Shown here: positions 56,867-64,000 of the stretch, in pieces
Numbering within the stretch: the stretch's first letter is position 1
How the letters are laid out: each line of letters opens with the position of its first letter
Source: an uncultured Bacteroidales bacterium
GTDB taxonomy: Bacteria; Bacteroidota; Bacteroidia; Bacteroidales; UBA10428
DNA length: 64,000 bases
Assembly: GCA_963705125.1 (NCBI GenBank)
Contig: CAVPIY010000008.1
Span: forward strand, 719,900 to 783,899
Direction: 5' to 3'
Notes under the pieces: generated by a model
Told to the model about the DNA's origin: nothing
What the model saw: only the letters and a program-made list of their open reading frames with translations
The model's database searches: none
Program-made: the position numbers and the translations under genes

Positions 56867-59016
56867 TATACCTTCTTCAATGCAGCCAGCACCCGTTCAT
56901 GTGTCATGGGCAGATTATACAGCCTGGCACCGGTGGCATCAAATATGGCATTGGCGACGACGCCCGGCATGAGCACGATTGCGGGCTCACCTCCGCCCTG
57001 AGGTGGTTCGTTCTGCCTGTCGAGGATTACCGTATCGATCTTAGGAACCCATGAAAAACGGGGTATTTCATACGAATAAAGGCTCTGCGTGTTCACCTTT
57101 CCGCCCCTGAACAGCACTCCTTCCGTGAGGGTATACCCCAATCCCATGATGATGCATCCATCCATCTGTATTTTCGTCCCCTGCGGATTAACGCACATTC
57201 CCATGTCCTGTGCGCAGGCAACGCGAACAACCTGCACATGCCCGGTGTTTTTGTCCACTTTCACCTCGGCAAACGAAGCCACATAAGTTCCTGCATCTGT
57301 GCCGCAGGCAATGCCATAGCCTCTTCCGCTGGGCCCTTTGGCAGGTGTGTAACCGAATTTATCCGCTGCTGCCTTCAGCACAGCGATCAGTTTCTTATCC
57401 TTCAGATTCTTCAGGCGGAATTCGAGCGGATCAATGCCGGCAGCGACGGCCATGATGTCTACCTGCGATTCCCGGGCAAGGGTATTGTTGCCGTTGGCCG
57501 GTGCACGCCAGGGTCCGGTGAAGAAGGGATGGACCCTGACATTTTTGCCTTCGTCATAGGCCATGGTACGCCTGTGCGGAACATCATAGAAAGTATCAGA
57601 GCCCCTTGATCCGGCAAAATACACATGATAATCCCACAGGGTGATCTTTCCGCCGGCATCCATGCCTGAATTCAGTTTGATCACACAGGCAGGCCGGAAA
57701 TTATCATAAAAGAATTCTTCCTTCCGGGTCCAGATCAACATGATGGGTTTGCCGGTCAGTTTAGTCAGGCGTGCTGCTTCCACCATCTGCTGGTATGCGC
57801 TTTTCCCACCAAAACCACCCCCCACAAAGGGCACGATCACACGCACTTTTTCCCTGGGAATTTTTAATACAGCTGCAATTTCCTCCTGGGCCGGATAGGG
57901 AGTTTGCGTTGATCCCCTGACGATCACACGGTCACCCTCCATATAGGCCAGTGCAGAATGTGTTTCTATGGGAGAATGTGCCACATAGGGACTGTTGAAC
58001 TGGCTGGAAAAGGTGGTTTTCGAAATGGACTTTCCCGTTGCAAGATCACCGGCCTCATCGATTATTTCACCTTTGGCACCGGCATTCAGCATGAAATCAT
58101 TCACGGTCTTGTCGTCCACTTTCATTTCTTCCCCGCTATACTCTCCCTTCACCTTTACAATGGCTTCATCGGCTTTGTCACGCAGTTCATGCAATACCGC
58201 AACCAGGTCACCGTCACGGACCACCTGGATGCCGGCAATTTTTTCAGCTTCGGCTGTATTGACCGATAACAGTTTCGATGCATGCGAAGGAGGCCTCAGA
58301 ATACGTGCATATACCATGCCCGGCATGCGGAAATCACCTGTGTATTTTGCCTGTCCCGTAACTTTTAACCGGGAATCGTGCCTGAAATGGGGTTTTCCCA
58401 TGATCTTGAATTCTGCGGGACTTTTCACGGGAGGCTTCTTGTCCATGTACCTTTCGATTTTCTTCCCTTTGGCAAGTTGTCCGTAGGTCACCTTGTTGTT
58501 CGGGTTATTCTTGTCGGTGATCACACCTTCTTTCACTTCCAGTTGGGATACTGGGACTTTCAGTTTTTCTGAACCGAGTTGCAGCAGTATGGCCCGGGCT
58601 TCAGCCGCAGCGGCACGGAAGGTCTCACCAAAAAAGCGTGTGGATGTGGATCCCCAGGTACCGTCATCCCAGGGGCACAGGTCCGTATCACCCATTACCA
58701 GGTTAACCTGGATGTAAGTTACATCCAGTTCATCGGCCAGCTCCTGCACCAGGGATGTGATAGGTCCCTGGCCCATTTCAATCTTGCCGGCAAAGCCATG
58801 TACAATGCCATTTTCATCGATCCGGATGAAGGCATTGAAGTCGGGAGTGTCCTCATCCAGCTTCTTTACAGGAGATGCCATCAGATCCAACGGATCCCAG
58901 GTATTGAAAAAAACGAATATACCACCTCCCATCAGCCTAAAGAAATTTCTCCTTTTCATTCCCGGACGTTCCGAAGATATGGCATTCGCTGCTGTAGTTG
59001 ATTTTTCTTTTTTCAT
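56866..59016 (-). CDS. xanthine dehydrogenase-family molybdopterin-binding subunit (IorB-like), Tat-exported
   Basis: 716 aa. The twin-arginine signal is MKRRNFFRLMGGG. The aldehyde oxidase/XDH a/b-hammerhead and Moco-binding blocks (GGGFGGK, QG..Q..G) are present. Confidence 0.85.
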   Translation of the reverse strand: MKKEKSTTAANAISSERPGMKRRNFFRLMGGGIFVFFNTWDPLDLMASPVKKLDEDTPDFNAFIRIDENGIVHGFAGKIEMGQGPITSLVQELADELDVTYIQVNLVMGDTDLCPWDDGTWGSTSTRFFGETFRAAAAEARAILLQLGSEKLKVPVSQLEVKEGVITDKNNPNNKVTYGQLAKGKKIERYMDKKPPVKSPAEFKIMGKPHFRHDSRLKVTGQAKYTGDFRMPGMVYARILRPPSHASKLLSVNTAEAEKIAGIQVVRDGDLVAVLHELRDKADEAIVKVKGEYSGEEMKVDDKTVNDFMLNAGAKGEIIDEAGDLATGKSISKTTFSSQFNSPYVAHSPIETHSALAYMEGDRVIVRGSTQTPYPAQEEIAAVLKIPREKVRVIVPFVGGGFGGKSAYQQMVEAARLTKLTGKPIMLIWTRKEEFFYDNFRPACVIKLNSGMDAGGKITLWDYHVYFAGSRGSDTFYDVPHRRTMAYDEGKNVRVHPFFTGPWRAPANGNNTLARESQVDIMAVAAGIDPLEFRLKNLKDKKLIAVLKAAADKFGYTPAKGPSGRGYGIACGTDAGTYVASFAEVKVDKNTGHVQVVRVACAQDMGMCVNPQGTKIQMDGCIIMGLGYTLTEGVLFRGGKVNTQSLYSYEIPRFSWVPKIDTVILDRQNEPPQGGGEPAIVLMPGVVANAIFDATGARLYNLPMTHERVLAALKKV

Positions 59017-59021
59017 GACTA

Positions 59022-59492
59022 TTATCCTTTCATTACTTTGGATGCTGTCTCGATTGCTTCAATGATCTGTCCGTGGGCACCGCACCGGCACAGGTTATTC
59101 TCCATCCCCTTGATAATTTCATTTCTGTCAGGAGAGGGGCTCTTTAAAAGCAGGCTGTAGGCACTCATGATCATGCCTGGTGTGCAGAAACCACACTGCA
59201 GGGCATCATGCTGTACAAAGGCCTGCTGAATCGGGTGCAACTTGTCACCTGGTGACAGGCCCTCAATGGTCAGTACTTTTTTCCCTTCCACATCGGCAAC
59301 CGGCAACTGACATGATCTTACCGGTTCATTGTCGATTATCACGGTGCAGGAACCACAAACTCCTTCCCCGCAGCCAAACTTGGTTCCCGTAAGTCCGAAC
59401 TGGTCGCGCAGCACCCATAAAAGGGTCAGGTTAGGGTCGAGGAGCTTCTCCACCTTTTTACCATTCAGTTCAAAATGAATCATTTGTTCCAT
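59022..59492 (-). CDS. [2Fe-2S]-binding small subunit (IorA/CoxS-like)
   Basis: 156 aa. CGEGVCGSCTV and CGFCTPG...CRCG are the two [2Fe-2S] cysteine clusters. Confidence 0.9.
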   Translation of the reverse strand: MEQMIHFELNGKKVEKLLDPNLTLLWVLRDQFGLTGTKFGCGEGVCGSCTVIIDNEPVRSCQLPVADVEGKKVLTIEGLSPGDKLHPIQQAFVQHDALQCGFCTPGMIMSAYSLLLKSPSPDRNEIIKGMENNLCRCGAHGQIIEAIETASKVMKG

Positions 59493-60097
59493 ATCCGGTT
59501 AGTTAATTTGATTTCGTTTTTATAATCCTGATCTGTGTCAATATCTCTGAGTATATCTGGTGTCTGTACTTCAACTTCAAAGATATCATCCCTGTATTTT
59601 TCCATAAAGGTATGCATTCCTTCTGGTGCAAAAAGGGTATCAATAATGTCTTTGTACTTTTTATCGATCAGCACAGGATGTCCCTTTTTTCCCCGGTACA
59701 CCGGGATCAGGATACCCTTATCCGACTGCCCGAAGGCCCGGATAATTTTCCGGGTAACCTCTGCCGGGATCATAGGCTGGTCACCCAGATATACAATGGC
59801 TGCATCTGCTGATGAAGGCATGTTCCGGAAACCACATTGCACGGAGGTAAACATGCCCTGCTCATAGTCAGCATTAAAGCAATGATTGACAGGAAGATCC
59901 CTGATAGCAGCAAGCATATCATCGCGAAATGCACCAAGCACAATCCATATATGATCGACTTTCGCCTGTTGCACATGGTCAATTACCTTGTTGATCATAG
60001 GTTTGCCATGAAAAGGCAGGAGCAGTTTGTTTGTTCCCATCCGTTCCGATTTACCGGCAGCCAGTATGATTGCGCAGGTTTCAGGCATATGCAACAT
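59480..60097 (-). CDS. MobA-like NTP transferase (molybdenum cofactor cytidylyltransferase MocA-like)
   Basis: 205 aa. The N-terminal IILAAGKSERMG..K matches the MobA/MocA signature. It overlaps both neighbours. Confidence 0.7.
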   Translation of the reverse strand: MLHMPETCAIILAAGKSERMGTNKLLLPFHGKPMINKVIDHVQQAKVDHIWIVLGAFRDDMLAAIRDLPVNHCFNADYEQGMFTSVQCGFRNMPSSADAAIVYLGDQPMIPAEVTRKIIRAFGQSDKGILIPVYRGKKGHPVLIDKKYKDIIDTLFAPEGMHTFMEKYRDDIFEVEVQTPDILRDIDTDQDYKNEIKLTNRIWNK

Positions 60098-61151
60098 TTT
60101 TTTTATTTCTGACCTGGATCAACTGGGCTGCAATACTCACCGCTATTTCCTGCACTGTTTTTGAACAGATATCAAGACCAACGGGGGCATAGACTGAATC
60201 CCACTGTTCCGGTGTTGCAAATCCTTCCGCCATGAAATTATTCCGCATCAGGGCTATCTTCTTCGTACTGCCTATCATGCCGACATAGGCTGCCTCACTG
60301 CCAATACAACCTCTCAGTGCATTTGCATCGTCCTTATGTCCCCGTGTAACAATCACGATGTAGGTGTCAGGTGTAAAATTCATTGCCTGCATAGTCCGTC
60401 CAATATCATCCACCACAATCTGATCGGCATCCGGTATATTTTCCGGGTTGGCATATTCCGCCCGGTCATCTGCAATCACCACCTCGAATTCCAGGAGGTT
60501 TCCCAAATGGGCTAAAGCCTTTCCGATATGCCCGGCGCCGGCAATCACCAACCTGGGCAATGGAAAAAAAGGCTCCAGGAAATACCGTGTTTCCTTATCT
60601 CCGGCAGGAATTGCCAATTCACGGTAATCTGATGCATGTAAATCTGAGAGCATGGCTTTAATAACGGGTGCCAGATAAGGTAAATGATCGGGTGAAATGG
60701 TATATTTTTCATCTTTGGTTACCCATATACGGTGTATACTGACCCGTATGCCGGTCAAAGCCGTAACCTGCGTGATCAGTATTCCCGGAATTCTTTTCTC
60801 CATCGACTGCCTGACCTGATCAAACACAAGGGTATGATCACCAGGTGTTGTATCCAGCAGTATGTCCACCTGTCCTCCGCAAATGGCTTCATCCTGCTGG
60901 CTGATGTCGTTGTTGAGCATGAAATGGTAATACCCGGATTCCCTGGATAATAATGCGTTTTTTGCAATCTCCTGCACTTTTGCCTCAAGAATCCCTCCGC
61001 CAACAGTCCCGCATATCAGACCCGTGTGATCAAAAAGGGCAGAGCAACCAGGCTTCTGTGGTGTTGAGCCCTTTGTCGCGGTAATGGTTGCCAAAGCCAT
61101 CGGAGAATCTGCCAGCTGTTTATCAGGTATTTGCAGGTAAATATTTTTCAT
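60081..61151 (-). CDS. XdhC/CoxI family molybdoenzyme maturation protein
   Basis: 356 aa. It has an N-terminal XdhC_CoxI domain (ATITATKGSTPQKPG) and a C-terminal Rossmann domain (LVIAGAGHIGKALA). Confidence 0.8.
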   Translation of the reverse strand: MKNIYLQIPDKQLADSPMALATITATKGSTPQKPGCSALFDHTGLICGTVGGGILEAKVQEIAKNALLSRESGYYHFMLNNDISQQDEAICGGQVDILLDTTPGDHTLVFDQVRQSMEKRIPGILITQVTALTGIRVSIHRIWVTKDEKYTISPDHLPYLAPVIKAMLSDLHASDYRELAIPAGDKETRYFLEPFFPLPRLVIAGAGHIGKALAHLGNLLEFEVVIADDRAEYANPENIPDADQIVVDDIGRTMQAMNFTPDTYIVIVTRGHKDDANALRGCIGSEAAYVGMIGSTKKIALMRNNFMAEGFATPEQWDSVYAPVGLDICSKTVQEIAVSIAAQLIQVRNKKNVAYA

Positions 61152-61382
61152 ATCCTGAAAGATTCAGTTTAAAATAATATCCTGGATAACCCATGACGAA
61201 CTGGCTGTCCTTGCATTGAAATTGTATTATCTTGGTATATTAATATTTTAACAGAAATGTACTATTCCGTGAAATTAGTAATTATTTTGTTTAATTTCCA
61301 ATCAATTCAAATCCGATATGAGGAGCGGACAAACTTGTTCTGAGTGCAGTTGCAACCGTACTCTTAAAATTTGATTTTGTAT

Positions 61383-62528
61383 ATGAATGATAGCATTTTC
61401 TTCACAGTTATGGAAGAGGAAAATCATCCATCCTGGGACAATTTCGTTGCCGGTCTGCCAGGAGGATTTCATGAGCAAACCATTCCCTGGGCTTCAGTTA
61501 AGAAAAATTATGGCTGGAATTCAAAATTGATTATTTTTGAAAAAGGCGGCAGCATTATTGCCGGAGCACAGGTATTAATACAATTTGCAAGACCATTCGG
61601 GAAAATCGGTTATATCTCCTATGGCCCTTGCATTTTGGGTAATTCAGAATCGCTCTCCCGACAGGTCATTTCAGGGATTAAACAGTTTACAAAACAAGAA
61701 CAAATAGTTTATCTTATCCTGGTTCCTCCTTATTATGGTGAGCATTTGGTCCCCCTTCTAAACACCATGGGATTTAATATTGCAGTTGAAGGATTACCGC
61801 CAAAAATCCACCTAACGTCGACCTTGCTCATTGACCTGAACAAAACCGCTGCGGAGATTCTGGGCGAAATGAAACCAAGGACACGGTATAATATAAACCT
61901 GTCAATCCGAAAGGGGATAAAGATCAGAGAGGGAAACGGACAGGATATAGAACCTTTTTTCAGACTGATGCTTGCTACATGTGCACGCAGAAAATCGCCA
62001 CCAACACCTTCCGATAAAAAATTTTTCGAGTTACTCTGGTCTGAATTTCACCCCAGGGGATGGATAAGGTTACATTTTGCAGATTATAATAATGAAGAGG
62101 TTTGCGCCGCTTTAAGTTTTACCTTCGGAGATACTTTCAGGATTTGGAAATTTGGCTGGTCAGGACGATATGGCAACCTTAGTCCCAGTAATGCATTGTA
62201 CTGGAACCTGATTGAATTATCCAAAAATGAAGGATTTCGTTATTTTGATTTTGTATCCGTCGATACTGATATTTCAAAGGCTTTGGAGAACGGGGATGTC
62301 CTGACACCTGAATTAAAGGCGAAATATTTCTTTGGTCCGACCATTTTCAAGATGGGATTTGGTGGAGACCTTGTCCACCTGCCCAAAGCATACTGTTATT
62401 TTCCAAACCCAATTATCAGATTGCTTTACCATCTGTTTGGCAGATTATTTTTACAACCGGCATGGCTGAAAAAATCAATCAACAGGATATGGGCATGGGG
62501 AAGCCGTAAGCGTCCTGATAACCTGTGA
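61383..62528 (+). CDS. FemAB-family (GNAT-fold) aminoacyl/peptidyl transferase-like protein
   Basis: 381 aa from ATG 61383. The pattern ...FHEQTIPWASVKK..GW.......E.G..I.GAQVL...MKPRTRYNINLSIRKGIKIREG... is typical of FemA/FemB/FemX-like proteins. Confidence 0.6.
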   Translation: MNDSIFFTVMEEENHPSWDNFVAGLPGGFHEQTIPWASVKKNYGWNSKLIIFEKGGSIIAGAQVLIQFARPFGKIGYISYGPCILGNSESLSRQVISGIKQFTKQEQIVYLILVPPYYGEHLVPLLNTMGFNIAVEGLPPKIHLTSTLLIDLNKTAAEILGEMKPRTRYNINLSIRKGIKIREGNGQDIEPFFRLMLATCARRKSPPTPSDKKFFELLWSEFHPRGWIRLHFADYNNEEVCAALSFTFGDTFRIWKFGWSGRYGNLSPSNALYWNLIELSKNEGFRYFDFVSVDTDISKALENGDVLTPELKAKYFFGPTIFKMGFGGDLVHLPKAYCYFPNPIIRLLYHLFGRLFLQPAWLKKSINRIWAWGSRKRPDNL

Positions 62529-62620
62529 AAGCTTACGAATTATATATCCATGCTGGTTCGGATAAATTCACGACTCATCTTTAGACTGTCCCTGAGCGGA
62601 CGTGTGGGTATGGGCTTAGG

Positions 62621-64000
62621 TCAATGGGCGGCAAATACAATCTTCCATCCCACATCCTGGTTCGTTTCCGATTTGAGAGACAATATTGCCAGACCATTGT
62701 TCATAATTTCAATTTCAGTTTTGGCATTTCCGGCTGAACCGGATTTCGGCCTATACCCGTTAAGTGCAATAACAATTTTGTAGGTTTCACCGCCTATAAC
62801 CTTTGATGTTCCGGTTAATTCCTTCTTCCCGGCATGCCATTCCGGTAATACAGTCATGTCAACCAATCCCTGCATAATATGGCGATTGGTGGAAATGAAC
62901 TGCGGACTTTTTTCCTCAGCATGTATGCTGATCATACGGGTTTCACCCGGACGCAATTCCTGTCTGATAACTTCATTGCCTTGATATTTGCCTACAAGCA
63001 GGTCGTTCCAGAAATCATACAAGTAATAATTCCTGTTGGTGTCCAATTCCAGCCCCCCTTCATTGAGTGAAGTCCCCAGGTTAACTTCAACACCGTTCAG
63101 ATGGGGTGAGGCCGAATCCTGATTGGGATTATATAAAGCAAGTTGATGCCAGGAAGGATTAACCTCATAATCGAAAACACGGGGCACTGCAAATCCATTG
63201 GTAAAGGCATCAACAGGGCGAGCACTTTTAGGCGAAGCATGATACGGAAAAGTACGGCTCATGATATGCAACTGGTCACCGGACAGCTGATAAAATCCAC
63301 GGGCCATCAGGAATCGCGCACTTACAATATAACACATTGTCATTAATGTTTTCAATCCATCGTTATTGTATGCAGGTTTGGCCTTGAACGGGTCTTTTGC
63401 ATCCAGATCATAGTTGACCACCACCCGGTTTTTGTACCATCGCAAGCCACTACGGCTTACCATTTCAGGCACAAACTGATCATTGTCGCCCCATACCCTT
63501 TGCGAAGCAATTAAGCCTAATGAGATATCCGATCCGCGTCCGATTAAACGTTCATCTATATAAGAATCCTCTCCTAATCCATCATAGGCCAACTGGAAAA
63601 TGTTGCGATAAGCCCTGGCTGTGGTAGCATATTTGTTTTCAAAACCGCCATTAAAAGCCCAGCCGGTGGCTTCCGGATAATCAAACATTATGCCTTTTAT
63701 GCCAGCGTTCTTCAGGTTGGCATACACCTGTTTCATATGGCTGATAAAGCCTTCATCCGTAAAATCATAACAATTCATGTTTTCTTCATCCCACCATTGA
63801 TTCATGTAGCCTTCTTCCGACTCTCCTCCCAGATCATAATTGAGACGTTTCATTTTATCTGTCTGTCCGGTGGCTAAACGGTAAGGATCATTAAACAGCA
63901 TGAATTGCGGAAATTGTTTGACAAAATCTTCGGAACGACGGCCGGATTGAAAGTAAGTAAGCGGAATGCCACCTTTCCTGATAATTTCTTTGCACCAGCT
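62621..64000 (-). CDS. glycoside hydrolase, alpha-galactosidase-like (clan GH-D) C-terminal part; 5' end lies outside the window
   Basis: The frame stays open to nt 64000 (SWCKEIIRKGGIPLTYFQSG...). The blocks GIKGIMFDYPE, RVWGDND and LRWYKNR resemble melibiase-type TIM barrels. The family call is tentative. Confidence 0.5.
   Translation of the reverse strand, partial: SWCKEIIRKGGIPLTYFQSGRRSEDFVKQFPQFMLFNDPYRLATGQTDKMKRLNYDLGGESEEGYMNQWWDEENMNCYDFTDEGFISHMKQVYANLKNAGIKGIMFDYPEATGWAFNGGFENKYATTARAYRNIFQLAYDGLGEDSYIDERLIGRGSDISLGLIASQRVWGDNDQFVPEMVSRSGLRWYKNRVVVNYDLDAKDPFKAKPAYNNDGLKTLMTMCYIVSARFLMARGFYQLSGDQLHIMSRTFPYHASPKSARPVDAFTNGFAVPRVFDYEVNPSWHQLALYNPNQDSASPHLNGVEVNLGTSLNEGGLELDTNRNYYLYDFWNDLLVGKYQGNEVIRQELRPGETRMISIHAEEKSPQFISTNRHIMQGLVDMTVLPEWHAGKKELTGTSKVIGGETYKIVIALNGYRPKSGSAGNAKTEIEIMNNGLAILSLKSETNQDVGWKIVFAAH

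Noticed and set aside
61152-61370. Molybdenum-cofactor riboswitch upstream of the xdhC-led operon
   Set aside because: I read the minus strand of the leader. It is AT-rich, and I could not recognise the conserved GC-rich stems or cores I recall for the Moco RNA motif. Only a covariance-model scan could settle this.

Overview
This 64-kb chromosomal window reads as Bacteroidota. That assignment is an inference from a T9SS C-terminal sorting tail, two orphan ~800-aa FtsX/MacB-type permeases, lipoprotein signals and TAnnTTTG promoter boxes. I support about 50 protein-coding genes, one disrupted gene, and one tRNA (Arg-CCG). I saw no rRNA, CRISPR array, transposase or integrase.

Gene blocks, in order:
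- 1-7.2 kb: carotenoid cluster (crtW-like, crtB, idi, lycopene cyclase, CruF-like, acyltransferase, GT2, crtI).
- 7.4-14.7 kb: FtsX permease, a hairpin-rich divergent intergenic region, a UroD-family gene, and a large glycoside hydrolase broken by three frameshifts.
- 14.7-19.3 kb: gene-poor accessory islet next to tRNA-Arg. It carries a ParE-type toxin pair and a 966-aa archaeo-eukaryotic-primase (AEP) / SF2-helicase fusion, and is flanked by tRNA-derived fragments.
- 19.6-32.2 kb: beta-propeller/phosphoesterase gene, then a tightly coupled operon of a membrane ferrochelatase-fold protein, a rifampin-phosphotransferase-like dikinase, a divergent PlsY, an outer-membrane barrel, a LolCDE-like ABC transporter, a LolA-like protein and DedA.
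- 32.3-40.1 kb: housekeeping genes (leuS, M23 peptidase, tadA, T9SS phosphoesterase, lepA).
- 40.2-51.2 kb: GNAT-BKACE-GNAT cassette, second FtsX permease, redoxin lipoprotein, and exported RraA-like, CocE/NonD and penicillin-acylase-like enzymes.
- 51.2-61.2 kb: seven-gene minus-strand operon joining XdhC/MocA/2Fe-2S/Tat-exported molybdoenzyme genes to a second UroD-family gene, a GH2 lipoprotein and a Na+/solute symporter.
- 61.4-64 kb: FemAB-like gene and a truncated alpha-galactosidase-like hydrolase.

The best candidate for an undescribed system is the tRNA-flanked ParE + AEP-SF2 islet. The chelatase/dikinase/PlsY/ABC/LolA envelope operon ranks second. All family calls rest on motifs read by eye; no database search was possible.
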